Below, in pieces: positions 36,568 through 46,839 of a stretch of 64,000 nucleotides of DNA; the stretch's first letter is position 1, and each line of letters begins with the position of its first letter. The translations under genes were made by a program, and so were the position numbers. The stretch is from Myxococcales bacterium (lineage in GTDB: Bacteria; Myxococcota_A; Polyangia; Polyangiales; GCA-016699535): the NCBI GenBank assembly GCA_020633325.1, contig JACKDX010000002.1, forward strand, positions 150,040 to 214,039, written 5' to 3'. Below the pieces are notes generated by a model. The model was not told the origin of the DNA, ran no database searches, and saw nothing but the letters and a program-made list of their open reading frames with translations.

Positions 36568-37704
36568 ATGGCCAGGAAAATCGCGATCACGGTGCTTGGT
36601 CTACTCGTACTCGTTGCCGTGTTGGGCGGTATCAAAGCGCTTCAAATTTCTGCCCTCATCGCGCAGGGAAAGTCATTCGAACCGCCCCCAGAAGCGGTGA
36701 GCGTCGAGAAAGTTGCCAAAGAGGAGTGGGAGCCCACCCTGACCGCCATTGGATCTCTTGTAGCCGCGCAAGGTGTGACCATCAGCGCAGAGACCTCGGG
36801 CGCGGTCCGAAAGATAGCGTTTGAGTCGGGAGCAGTGGTCCGGCAAGGCGCGCTGCTCGTGAAGTTGGATACGGCTCAAGAGCAAGCCGAGCTAGCTTCG
36901 GCAGAAGCCTTGGCAAAACTTAAGACGCTTACACTGGAGCGCAACAAACAACTTCTGGCCTCGGGCGCGATTTCCAAAGCTGCGATGGATACCGCTAGCG
37001 CGGAGGCGCAGCAAAGCGAAGCGCAGGTCAATAATATTCGCGCCGTAATCGCGAAAAAAACCATTCGCGCCCCCTTCTCGGGTCGTCTCGGTATTCGTCA
37101 AATCAATCTGGGGGAATTTCTTAATCCAGGCACACCTATTGTCTCGTTGCAGTCGTTCGATCCCATTTTGATCGATTTTGCCCTGCCTCAACAATATGTG
37201 GGCACCGTTAAATCGGGACAAACTGTGCGGGTGACCAGTGATGCATTTCCTGGTGAGGAGTTCACGGCGACCTTAACCGCCATCAACCCTTTTGTGGATG
37301 CCGCCACACGCAATGTGCGCTTGCAGGCCACGTTGAGCAATCCAGAAGGGCGTTTGAGTCCTGGCATGTTCGTGGATGTGGCGATTGTGTTTGAAAGTAA
37401 CCATGAAGCACTGACGATACCCGTCACCGCCGTCCTCTTTGCGCCCTATGGTGACTCCGTATTTCTCGTCGAACGTCCGCAAGAATCTGAGAAGAAGCAT
37501 AAGAAGAAAGCACACATCATTGTTCATCAGCAGTTTGTCCGACTGGGTGAGACGCGAGGCGACCGGGTGGTTGTGCTGTCCGGCTTGAAGGAAGGCCAAG
37601 AGATCGTGTCTAGAGGCGCGTTTAAACTTCGTCCAAATGCGACAATTACGATTGGCAAGCCGCCCAAGGACGCATCGGAGCCCACTATTTCCGCGGATTC
37701 ATAA
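36568..37704 (+). CDS. RND efflux periplasmic adaptor subunit
   Basis: N-terminal TM, lipoyl-hairpin pattern V.QG.LLVKLD, IRAPFSGRLG, L.PGMFV. Confidence 0.95.
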   Translation: MARKIAITVLGLLVLVAVLGGIKALQISALIAQGKSFEPPPEAVSVEKVAKEEWEPTLTAIGSLVAAQGVTISAETSGAVRKIAFESGAVVRQGALLVKLDTAQEQAELASAEALAKLKTLTLERNKQLLASGAISKAAMDTASAEAQQSEAQVNNIRAVIAKKTIRAPFSGRLGIRQINLGEFLNPGTPIVSLQSFDPILIDFALPQQYVGTVKSGQTVRVTSDAFPGEEFTATLTAINPFVDAATRNVRLQATLSNPEGRLSPGMFVDVAIVFESNHEALTIPVTAVLFAPYGDSVFLVERPQESEKKHKKKAHIIVHQQFVRLGETRGDRVVVLSGLKEGQEIVSRGAFKLRPNATITIGKPPKDASEPTISADS

Positions 37705-37718
37705 TCGGACCTCTGACC

Positions 37719-40700
37719 ATGAACCTGACCGAGCCTTTCATTCGCCGACCGGTACTCTCAGCTGTAGTAAGCCTGGTCATTGTGGTTGCGGGTTTGCAAG
37801 CTGTGCGATCGCTAACCGTTCGGCAATATCCAAGGAGCGACAATGCGGCCGTTACCGTAACCACGATTTATGTGGGTGCAAGTGCGGCCCTGGTGCGCGG
37901 ATTCATTACGACTCCCCTTGAGCGTGCGATTGCCGCCGCAGACGGCATTGATTATGTCGAATCGCAAAGCACACAGGGCATTTCCACCATCAAGGCCCAA
38001 CTCAAGCTCAACTACGATCCCACCAAAGCCCTATCGGAAATCAGTTCCAAGGTGGATCAGGTGCGTGGGGATCTTCCGCCGGAAGCCGAAGTTCCCACGA
38101 TCAACATTGAGTCTTCCGATAACCAGTTTGCTTCAGCTTACCTTAGCTTTTCTTCGAAGGTGCTTGAGCAGAACGAAATCACTGACTATCTCACTCGACT
38201 GATACAGCCGCGTCTGACAGCTGTGGATGGTGTTCAGAACGCGGAGCTCTTAGGCGCGCGGAAGTTTGCCATGCGCATCTGGCTAAAACCCGCACGCATG
38301 GCGGCGCTTAGCATCACGCCTGAACAAGTGCGGAACGCCCTTGCTGCGAACAACTATCTTGCGGCAGTGGGACAGACTAAGGGCGCTCTCATCCAGATCA
38401 ATCTGACGGCAAATACGGATCTCCAGTCGACCCGGGAATTCGAGCAGCTTATCGTGCGAGAGAAGGACGGCGTAGTGGTGCGGCTAAAGGACATCGCCGA
38501 TGTCGCCCTCGGGGCGGAGGATTACGACACAGAGGTGCGGTTCACCGGTGAAACCGCAGTTTTTTTAGGCATTTGGACACTTCCGACGGCGAACTCGCTC
38601 GATGTCATGAAGCGCATTCGCCGAGAGATGGATGACATAAAAACGCAGTTACCCACGCAAATCGAAGCCCGCATTGCATATGATGCAACCAAGTATATAG
38701 AGAGCGCAATCGACGATGTCGTGCGAACGCTCGTAGAGACGTTGGCCATAGTGGTAATCGTCATCTTTTTGTTTTTGGGATCAGTGCGCTCCGTGTTGAT
38801 TCCAGTGGTGGCGATTCCCGTTTCGCTTATTGGCGCGATCTTCTTGATGGATGTTTTTGGTTTTACCATCAATCTGCTTACACTGCTCGCGATTGTGCTT
38901 TCTGTCGGGCTGGTGGTGGACGACGCCATTGTGGTTGTCGAAAATGTTGAGCGCCACCTTGGGGAGGGAAAGTCGCCCCGCGACGCCGCTCTATTGGGGG
39001 CGAAGGAGCTGGTGGGGCCCATTATCGCGATGACCCTGACGCTGGCGGCGGTTTATGCCCCGATTGGGTTACAGGGAGGACTCACCGGGTCGCTATTTCG
39101 AGAGTTTGCCTTCACGTTGGCCGGCGCTGTCACCATTTCGGGTGTGGTTGCCCTGACTTTGTCGCCGGTGATGTCGGCGAAACTTCTGCGTCCCGAGCAC
39201 AGCCAGCGCAGTTTGGCGGTGCGCATCAACCGGGGATTTGAGAGGCTCTCTCGGATTTATGCGCGTTTGCTAAGCTTTACTCTGGGCGTCCGACCGTTGG
39301 TGTACGCTGTTTGGATTGTACTTGCGATACTCGCCGTGGTGTTCTTCATTCAGTCACCAAAGGAGTTGGCTCCCACAGAAGATCAAGGTGTGCTTTTTGG
39401 GATTGTGGAGACGCCAGCCAGCGCCACACTGGATCAGGTGGTGCCGTATACCGAGGCGGTCAATGACGCATTTATGAGCCTCAAAGAGGCGCAGTTCACA
39501 TTTCAGGTCACACTGCCGACGGGCGGGTTCGGAGGGGTGGCCCTCAAGCCCTGGGACGAACGTGAGCGAAGCGTGTTTCAGATCCAGCCCGAGCTTGCCC
39601 AAAAGTTGCAGGCCATTCCAGGGATTCGCATATTTCCAGTGACGCCACCGGCCCTTCCCGGTGGAGGACAGTTTCCCGTAGAGTTTGTGATCTCTTCAAC
39701 CGCAGAAACCGCGGAGATCCTAAAGTTTGCTGAGAAGCTTCAGGAGAAAGCCACGACAAGTGGCATATTTGCGTTTCCGCCGCTGATCGACGTCAAAATG
39801 GATCAGCCGCAGAGCGAATTGGTTTTTGATCGAGATAAGGTGGCAGCGCTTGGCTTGGATCTCAGAACGGTGGGAGGCGATGTCGCGGCTGCCATCGGTG
39901 GAAATTATATCAACCGCTTCAGCATTGCGGGCCGGAGCTACAAGGTTATCCCACAGGTAAGACGTTCCGAGAGGCTCACCCCGGAGCAAATCAAAGACTT
40001 ATATGTCACTGGGCCAAATGGGCAGCTCATCTCGTTGGGTACCATCGCATCGCTTAAGCGTACGGTGGAGCCCCGATCGCTAAACCGCTTCCAGCAGCTT
40101 AACGCGGTCAAGCTGAGCGGCGTGGCGATTCGCCCCCTTGATGATGCGCTTAGCTATCTCGAGACTCAAGCGTCTCGCATACTTCCCAAGGGCTATGTCG
40201 TCGATTACACAGGAGAGTCTCGGCAGCTTCGGACAGAAGGCGATGCCTTCATACCGGCGTTTACGTTGGCGGTGATATTTATTTTTCTCGTTCTTGCCGC
40301 ACAATTCAATAGCTTTCGCGATCCGTTTATTATCTTGGCTGGTTCGGTCCCATTGGCGATGTTTGGCGCGCTTATGGTGACATTCCTAAAAATGCCAAAT
40401 CCCAATCTTCCATTTTGGACAGATGGTTGGACAACGACACTCAACGTTTACTCGCAAGTAGGCCTAGTGACCCTGGTAGGGCTCGTCGCGAAAAACGGCA
40501 TCCTGATCGTAGAGTTCGCGAACAAGCTACAGGAGGCGGGCCGTACGAAACTCGAGGCAGTCAAGGACGCCGCCTTGACGCGACTCAGGCCGATTCTGAT
40601 GACTACCGCGGCGACGATCTGCGGGCATTTCCCTTTGACTCTAGTGTCCGGACCCGGGGCCATGGCACGTAACAGCATTGGCTTGGTCCTGGTGACAGGG

Positions 40701-40793
40701 ATGGCAGTCGGGACATTGTTTACGCTTTTTATCGTTCCGTCTCTGTATATGCTAATTGCTCGCAATCATACGCAGGATGGCGCGAAGCTATAG
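37719..40793 (+). CDS. RND efflux permease (AcrB/MexI-MexW-like)
   Basis: FIRRPV, GLVVDDAIVVVENV, AKNGILIVEFA, RLRPILMTT; 1024 aa. Confidence 0.97.
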   Translation: MNLTEPFIRRPVLSAVVSLVIVVAGLQAVRSLTVRQYPRSDNAAVTVTTIYVGASAALVRGFITTPLERAIAAADGIDYVESQSTQGISTIKAQLKLNYDPTKALSEISSKVDQVRGDLPPEAEVPTINIESSDNQFASAYLSFSSKVLEQNEITDYLTRLIQPRLTAVDGVQNAELLGARKFAMRIWLKPARMAALSITPEQVRNALAANNYLAAVGQTKGALIQINLTANTDLQSTREFEQLIVREKDGVVVRLKDIADVALGAEDYDTEVRFTGETAVFLGIWTLPTANSLDVMKRIRREMDDIKTQLPTQIEARIAYDATKYIESAIDDVVRTLVETLAIVVIVIFLFLGSVRSVLIPVVAIPVSLIGAIFLMDVFGFTINLLTLLAIVLSVGLVVDDAIVVVENVERHLGEGKSPRDAALLGAKELVGPIIAMTLTLAAVYAPIGLQGGLTGSLFREFAFTLAGAVTISGVVALTLSPVMSAKLLRPEHSQRSLAVRINRGFERLSRIYARLLSFTLGVRPLVYAVWIVLAILAVVFFIQSPKELAPTEDQGVLFGIVETPASATLDQVVPYTEAVNDAFMSLKEAQFTFQVTLPTGGFGGVALKPWDERERSVFQIQPELAQKLQAIPGIRIFPVTPPALPGGGQFPVEFVISSTAETAEILKFAEKLQEKATTSGIFAFPPLIDVKMDQPQSELVFDRDKVAALGLDLRTVGGDVAAAIGGNYINRFSIAGRSYKVIPQVRRSERLTPEQIKDLYVTGPNGQLISLGTIASLKRTVEPRSLNRFQQLNAVKLSGVAIRPLDDALSYLETQASRILPKGYVVDYTGESRQLRTEGDAFIPAFTLAVIFIFLVLAAQFNSFRDPFIILAGSVPLAMFGALMVTFLKMPNPNLPFWTDGWTTTLNVYSQVGLVTLVGLVAKNGILIVEFANKLQEAGRTKLEAVKDAALTRLRPILMTTAATICGHFPLTLVSGPGAMARNSIGLVLVTGMAVGTLFTLFIVPSLYMLIARNHTQDGAKL

Positions 40794-42830
40794 CTATCGC
40801 TCGCGAGTCATGCGTTCGAGATCGATAATGTGAGCCGCCGGAAGGTCTAAGTTCTGATAGCGGCTCCAATGGCATGTAAGAAGCAATACCTGGAGCCTGC
40901 CGCATACCCTCCCGAGCACGTCTGCCATCGACGCCAAGCGGGTCTCGTCCGTGGCGATGAGGGCGTCATCCAAGATCACTGGGATGCTTTCCTCACGGGC
41001 AAGCGCCAAAGCAGTGCCAAGTCGCGCGGCAATCCCGATTTGCTCTCGTGTGCCCATGCTCAGGGCCCCAAACGAATCACGACCCTGTTCGATGCGATGC
41101 AGTGCGCCGATGCTTAAATCGCGCTCGAGCGAGAGCGTGCTTTTGGGAAATAGCAAATGAAGAAGTTCAGTAATTTCTCTCTCAACAGGCTCGATGAGTT
41201 GGTGCTCCGCTTCTTTTCGGCATGCCTCAATCGTTTCGTATAAAAGGCGTATCGCGTTGGCGTGGCCTGATAGCCTTTGAGCACGCGAAGTCCAACTGGC
41301 TAGGGTTGACTCTGCCTCGGCAATTCGTTCGTTGAACCCGAGCATGTCCATGCCCGCCAAGCGTCCCCGCGTTTCGTGCACTTGCTCGCTGATGCGGGCG
41401 CGTCTCAAGCGAATGCCTTCTAGTTTTTGGGTGGCGTCGTGTTGTTTTGAACGAAGTTGAGCGATGCGCAGCTTGAGAGGCTTGGCTTGTTCTTCCGCTG
41501 CCTTCGCCGCTTTCAGCTGCAGCATCGCCTGCGCATGAGCTTCGATCAGCGAGTCATCCTCCCCGTGGGCGGATACATGCGCTGTAAGCTGATGTTTCGA
41601 CTGCTGAACCTCGTTGCGGGCGCGCTCTATAGCGCTGGCTCGTTGTTTTCGATCTTCGAGCAAACGCTGCGGAGGATCGATCCTCAGCTCTACGAGGTCC
41701 CCTATTCTTATGTTGGCGGTCTGCGTAAAAGGTGCCGATATCGTGTCGCGTGCGTTCAGGCGATGTTTCTCGCCATTGATTTTGAGCACGACGTCGTCGA
41801 TGGCCTGGAGTGTCACAGACGCAAAAGATGGCGTGAGTGTGGCTTCAGTCCGCCATGCGCGCTCGCGCGTGGCGAGGTCAGCTTCAAGGCGAGCAAGATG
41901 CGTCCGAAGGTAATGACGGGTTTCCCGCAGCTCCTGCGTACGTTTCATGCGCAGCTGCTCCGCATCCAAGCGCGCCTTGACACCATGAAGCTGCTCTTGC
42001 ATGGGTTGTAACGTCAGTAGCTCGGCATCCACATCTTTCTGCCGCTGCTCCCATACGGGCAGTTCCTTGTCCACTTCGCGTAGCTCTTGCTGTAACATGT
42101 CCATGCGCTCCCGCGCTGCCTCATAAACTTCTCTTTGATTCGCTAAATTGGCATATTGGCTCTTGCTGATGTCGACGTTTCGCAGAGCTTCATAAAGCGG
42201 TGCATCAGTCTTTTTCTTCGTTTGACCAGTGGGTGTGAAGAAGATTTGGTACTCGTTTTCTACAGCCTTGCGAACTCGTCCTGTTTGATCGCCAGCGAGC
42301 AGATCACGATGAGCAGCGCGGATTCGCGTCATGAGGGATTGCGCACCCTCCTTGTTGAGGTCTTCGTTGGGCGACATGTTGCTGTGGCCTTGGCGCACCC
42401 AAAACAGTGGCCAAATGCCTAGCGTCGTTTGGGTACCGCTGCCTGCACGCCGAGTGAGGCCCAAGACCTGTCGCACCCGAACCTCGGCATCTTCGCCATT
42501 GAGATCCTCAATATGCCCATCGGGCATATGAGCCGTCAGACGACTCAGCCCTCGTGGACCCGAAAAGCGCTTGTGTATCCGATAGTGTACCCCTTGGTGC
42601 AAGAAGGTCACGGCGACTTCGGGGATTGCGCCGTTCTTCGGTTGGATGGCCAAGAGCGCTTGACCGGTGAGGCGAGCGTACGATGTGAGACCCATCCAAA
42701 GTGCGCGCATGAGCGTAGACTTACCCGATTCGTTTGGTCCAAATACCACATTGAGACCCGGAGAAAGATCGAGTTTGAGGGGGCCGCTTAGTACACCAAA
42801 GTTATTAACCTCTAAGGATTCGATCAGCAT
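40794..42830 (-). CDS. YhaN/Rad50-like ABC-ATPase with coiled coil
   Basis: Walker A GPNESGKST, signature LSMGTREQ, Walker B ILDD, H-loop LTCH. Confidence 0.9.
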   Translation of the reverse strand: MLIESLEVNNFGVLSGPLKLDLSPGLNVVFGPNESGKSTLMRALWMGLTSYARLTGQALLAIQPKNGAIPEVAVTFLHQGVHYRIHKRFSGPRGLSRLTAHMPDGHIEDLNGEDAEVRVRQVLGLTRRAGSGTQTTLGIWPLFWVRQGHSNMSPNEDLNKEGAQSLMTRIRAAHRDLLAGDQTGRVRKAVENEYQIFFTPTGQTKKKTDAPLYEALRNVDISKSQYANLANQREVYEAARERMDMLQQELREVDKELPVWEQRQKDVDAELLTLQPMQEQLHGVKARLDAEQLRMKRTQELRETRHYLRTHLARLEADLATRERAWRTEATLTPSFASVTLQAIDDVVLKINGEKHRLNARDTISAPFTQTANIRIGDLVELRIDPPQRLLEDRKQRASAIERARNEVQQSKHQLTAHVSAHGEDDSLIEAHAQAMLQLKAAKAAEEQAKPLKLRIAQLRSKQHDATQKLEGIRLRRARISEQVHETRGRLAGMDMLGFNERIAEAESTLASWTSRAQRLSGHANAIRLLYETIEACRKEAEHQLIEPVEREITELLHLLFPKSTLSLERDLSIGALHRIEQGRDSFGALSMGTREQIGIAARLGTALALAREESIPVILDDALIATDETRLASMADVLGRVCGRLQVLLLTCHWSRYQNLDLPAAHIIDLERMTRER

Positions 42831-43942
42831 GAAGTATGATGCAATTGGTACAGTATCTGAAGTGCGTAGGCTGCGGTTTGATCCCCTGATTTCTCCCGGT
42901 GGATAAGTCGTTCGATGGCGGCGCGTAAATATCCATCCGAGGCAATGCTGTCGAGGTCGCTCGCGGATGCACGCGATAAGAGATGTTCGGAATCGTCCTG
43001 ATAGTGCAGCAGTCGTGAGGGCGCCGCTTCTGTGAAGGCCCGCACCTTCGACAGGCCGGACATGGAAAGACTACCTTTGATCGTAACACTAGCCAGGGTA
43101 AGCCGCGGTTGCTCTAACGCGTCTAACCACTGATAAAGCGCATTGATGTCTTCGTCTTGATATATATCGAATGACTTCTTAATCCAACGGGCTTGCCCGA
43201 CTTTCAGTGGCTCCACGTGGGGAACAGTGCCTCGGCCGTCCATTGTAACTAACAGAACATGGCCAGGTTGGTTATCCTTAAAAGATGTGGCTTCGGGCGT
43301 GCCGCTATACCATGTGTTGGGATTCACTTGGACAAGGCCGTGCCAATCGCCCAATGCGAGATAATCGAGTTTGCCAAGCTCCGCTCGTCGCGGGTCGATC
43401 AGATTGGGCACGGTGCCCTCGCCGCTTTTGTCAAAGCGCCTTATCGTTCCATGCGCAATGCCGATCCGTGGGGCATCATGACCGCCGAACGACTCAGTGA
43501 TGTGCGCCGTAGGATCGGCTGCTTCATGCCGGTGCAGCAGCGGGGCCGGCAAGAGCCAAGCGGCATCATCCACGGTGCGCGTGGCCTTTCGTTCACCAAG
43601 CACGATAAGGTTGGCCGGTTTACTTTCCAGGAAAAGGGATTGTGAATAAATCGAAGCGGGGCCTCCGTAATCGTGATTGCCCGGAATGACATACACCGGG
43701 CAGCCAATGCGCCCAATGCATTCGTTGGCTTCGAGGATGATGCTCTTGCTGACGGTATTGTCATCGAACAAGTCCCCGGCCACAAGCACAAAACTCGCGC
43801 CACGTTTCTTACTCATCGCGGCCAACTGGTCTATAGCAAGCATCCGCAGTTCACGTAGCTTGGCGCCGCCGTCACCCTGTAACCAGCGGAACGGCATTCC
43901 GAGCTGCCAATCTGAGCTGTGAATGAAACGTAACGTAGTCAT
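42824..43942 (-). CDS. Mre11/SbcD-like metallophosphoesterase (YhaO-like)
   Basis: HSSDWQLG, AGDLFD, PGNHD, AHG, YLALGDWH, YSGTPE. Confidence 0.93.
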   Translation of the reverse strand: MTTLRFIHSSDWQLGMPFRWLQGDGGAKLRELRMLAIDQLAAMSKKRGASFVLVAGDLFDDNTVSKSIILEANECIGRIGCPVYVIPGNHDYGGPASIYSQSLFLESKPANLIVLGERKATRTVDDAAWLLPAPLLHRHEAADPTAHITESFGGHDAPRIGIAHGTIRRFDKSGEGTVPNLIDPRRAELGKLDYLALGDWHGLVQVNPNTWYSGTPEATSFKDNQPGHVLLVTMDGRGTVPHVEPLKVGQARWIKKSFDIYQDEDINALYQWLDALEQPRLTLASVTIKGSLSMSGLSKVRAFTEAAPSRLLHYQDDSEHLLSRASASDLDSIASDGYLRAAIERLIHREKSGDQTAAYALQILYQLHHTSC

Positions 43943-44003
43943 GACTATGGATTCATAGCCTAATGCGGGCGCACATTAAAGTCCGAACCCAGATGGGAGC
44001 TGA

Positions 44004-45083
44004 TCAGTGGGGCTGACCCATCTGCTGTTGCAGCTGCTGCATGACTTCCGGCGGCAGCTGATTCATGTCCGGTGCGCCACCCGGAGACGGAGAGGCACTG
44101 GGAGCCTCCTCAGCAGGCTTCTTTTCGGGCTCCTGAAAGTCAACGACCTTTGGAGTGAGCCGTTCTTTCACATACTTCCCTACCAGATAGATAATATCGC
44201 CATCGGCCTTGAGATAAAATTGGTTCTCATCTTTGGGATTGGCGTGACCGATTCGGATCGTTATCTTCTCGGGACCTTTGCCGGACCGATTGATGGAAAG
44301 CGAGACGGTCGCCACGGGCTTCTTGGCTAAACCCGCCTGTTCCTCGGTGATAGAGGGATCGGCGAAATCGGAGGCGTTCAAGCTGGCCACGCTTGAAATC
44401 ATCGAACTCGCTTGACTGCTGCTAAAGCGCTTGACGGCCTTCGACGGCGGCTCGAGCGTCCAAGAACCACTTTTTTGTGCCAAATGGAAGGTTCCGTTCG
44501 CGCTCTGGTACGTGACTCCTGAAATTTCTTCTGGCTTGATTTCCAGGATCTTACGGTTGCGCCAGTCCTTGAGGTCTTTATTGAAGCTCCATTTCATGCT
44601 GCCCGAGACTGCCATCACCACAGCCTTACCGCTCTCACGCACCATGGTGTTCCCACCTCGTGAGGCCCCGATCAGCAGGTTGGCGAGGACTTTCCCCTTG
44701 TTCTTAGCCACCACTCGAATGGCCTGCTTGTCATCAACTTCCAGGATCTGATGGCTGCTGCTCTTGGTGGCCGCGATAGCCGTCACCGAAAGGTCCGTCA
44801 GTTTCTCTACAGCCATTTCCACGGCTTTGGTGTCAGCCTCGGCAGCGATGGGTGCGGTGATCAACCAGTTACCATTTATTTTCTTCAGATGTATGACGGA
44901 GGATGCGCCGGGACGCTCTATCTCAAGCTCATCCAAGTTATCAGCAGAGATATGTGGCAATGAGCCTTCTGGCTTGGCGTCCTGATCGAGCTCGCCCTTG
45001 CGCATGGTGAGGGCCCATACCGTTAGGCCGACAAGCACAGCGAGCACCACAGCAGCAATAGTGAGGCGGCTATCTTTCCGCAT
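44004..45083 (-). CDS. DUF4340 domain protein (Gld-type ABC accessory)
   Basis: N-terminal TM, W.ITAPI.AEAD, WRNRKI repeats; last gene of the operon. Confidence 0.85.
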   Translation of the reverse strand: MRKDSRLTIAAVVLAVLVGLTVWALTMRKGELDQDAKPEGSLPHISADNLDELEIERPGASSVIHLKKINGNWLITAPIAAEADTKAVEMAVEKLTDLSVTAIAATKSSSHQILEVDDKQAIRVVAKNKGKVLANLLIGASRGGNTMVRESGKAVVMAVSGSMKWSFNKDLKDWRNRKILEIKPEEISGVTYQSANGTFHLAQKSGSWTLEPPSKAVKRFSSSQASSMISSVASLNASDFADPSITEEQAGLAKKPVATVSLSINRSGKGPEKITIRIGHANPKDENQFYLKADGDIIYLVGKYVKERLTPKVVDFQEPEKKPAEEAPSASPSPGGAPDMNQLPPEVMQQLQQQMGQPH

Positions 45084-45108
45084 AGTATGAATCCTCGTTT
45101 GGCGTTGG

Positions 45109-46839
45109 CTAAAGTTTTAGGTTTGCGTTGTGATTTTTTCGGCGCCGCCAGTAAAGAAGTCCCAAAAGCGCAAAGGCAATGGGCAATCCCAATGTATGCA
45201 TCCAGCGATACAAGGACTTCGTCGTGTTCCATCTGGCGCGGGCATCCGCGAGTTTTTCCTTGGAGAGATCGAGTGCGGCCTCGGCCTTTTTGGCATCGCC
45301 CTCTTTGCGCGCCTGTTCCACATCTTGCTTTGCGTCTTCGAGTACTTCTAGCGCGGGATCTTTGAGCGGAGGCTCCTCTACGTCTTTTGCGCGAATGGCC
45401 ACCATAGCGGCATCTTGCGCCAACCAGTCAATGGCATTGAGCGCAAAGGCCATGGTGCTGGTCATTTGCCGCTCGCCGGTGCGCGGATTGGGCGGCGGCA
45501 ACGCGCGATCATCCAATACGAATCCGGATCCCGCGACCAGGATACGCGCGCTTGCCGGTGTTTCGCTTGGCGGCTCTTTGTCGCCCGTTTCCGCGGTACT
45601 CATCGGGCCGTTCGACCCAGACTTTGAACCTTCGATGGCCACGATCAGCGGAAACGGGCCCATGGGGTTCGACGGAGCCCACTGTTGGCGTGGGGTGAGC
45701 TGAGCTTCGGCATCGGTGAGAAGCCACGAGTTTTCGGAACTCTTCGCAAGGACAGCTCGTTTGATGCCAGCCGGAACCTTGCCAAGTTTTAGACGCGTGG
45801 TGAACGGCATTTGAAGCTGCCCCAGCTTAAAGAGTACCGGGTGCTCGGCCTGTTTATCGTCGATGCGGACTTCGGGTAAAAGCGGGTATCTGACGGGAAT
45901 AGCAAGCCCCGGGATGTTTGTTGGAGCGTTAACGCTGCCGCACTCAGCATCGGCCACCAGATCGGGGAGCATCGTTACGCCCCAGTCTGAAAGCAACTTG
46001 TTGAAACCGGAATCTACGATGCTTGCGGTCCCTTCGAGTAGGGAATCGGGCAATTTGCGTGTGCCGCCAAACACACCCAGCGAACCTCCGCGCTGCAAGA
46101 ACCCGGCGATGTTGGCGGTTTCAGCCTGACTCAGCGAGGTTTGCGGATTCACTACAATCAACGCTTTCAAGTTCTTCGGCAAATCTTGGTTCGCATCGAC
46201 CTCTTCCACATCATAGGAGCTGCGGGTCAAATCTCTCAAGCCTGTCAGGCCCTTCTCTAAGCTTGGACCATCATGTCCCTTCAAAATACCAATACGCAAT
46301 TTCTCGCCTATCAGTTCTTTGATGATCTGAGTGATTTGATACTCAAGGCCCTCGGTGTTCTCGAGGAAAGGTATCGCCTTGCTCTCGCCCAAATAATGAA
46401 ATGAAAGCCCACGAAAAGCCTGAACTTGCTCAATGCGGTCTTCGGTTAAATCCAAGGTAGGAACTTGTTGGACGCCGTCGGCCTGTGCGGCTTCCTTCTC
46501 CGCGTCGTCGCTCGGGTTGATGTAACGCACCTGGATCTTGCCGTTCGAGGATGCTTCGTATTCCTCAAGCATGTCTCGCGTGTAGCGCTCGAGCCCGTTA
46601 TAGGGGTAGGGAAGATCGGGGGTGAAGTACGAGCGAATCTCAAGCGTGTCTTTAAGGCGCTTGGACATGTCTTTTGAGCCCTGTGACAACGAGAACATGC
46701 GGCTCTCGGTCAAATCGACCCGCGCATGAGCAAAGGTTCCGAGCACATTTAGCAGCACCAGGCTCGCGGCAACGACGACCAGAAAGAGTGTGGCCTCGCG
46801 GCGCGCCTTTTTGTGTTTCTTTTGGGTATCTTGAGTCAT
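45109..46839 (-). CDS. GldG-family ABC transporter auxiliary component
   Basis: DLTESRMFSLS.GS, LEYQIT..I, IGILKGHDG, FALNAIDWLAQD, C-terminal TM. Confidence 0.9.
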   Translation of the reverse strand: MTQDTQKKHKKARREATLFLVVVAASLVLLNVLGTFAHARVDLTESRMFSLSQGSKDMSKRLKDTLEIRSYFTPDLPYPYNGLERYTRDMLEEYEASSNGKIQVRYINPSDDAEKEAAQADGVQQVPTLDLTEDRIEQVQAFRGLSFHYLGESKAIPFLENTEGLEYQITQIIKELIGEKLRIGILKGHDGPSLEKGLTGLRDLTRSSYDVEEVDANQDLPKNLKALIVVNPQTSLSQAETANIAGFLQRGGSLGVFGGTRKLPDSLLEGTASIVDSGFNKLLSDWGVTMLPDLVADAECGSVNAPTNIPGLAIPVRYPLLPEVRIDDKQAEHPVLFKLGQLQMPFTTRLKLGKVPAGIKRAVLAKSSENSWLLTDAEAQLTPRQQWAPSNPMGPFPLIVAIEGSKSGSNGPMSTAETGDKEPPSETPASARILVAGSGFVLDDRALPPPNPRTGERQMTSTMAFALNAIDWLAQDAAMVAIRAKDVEEPPLKDPALEVLEDAKQDVEQARKEGDAKKAEAALDLSKEKLADARARWNTTKSLYRWMHTLGLPIAFALLGLLYWRRRKNHNANLKL

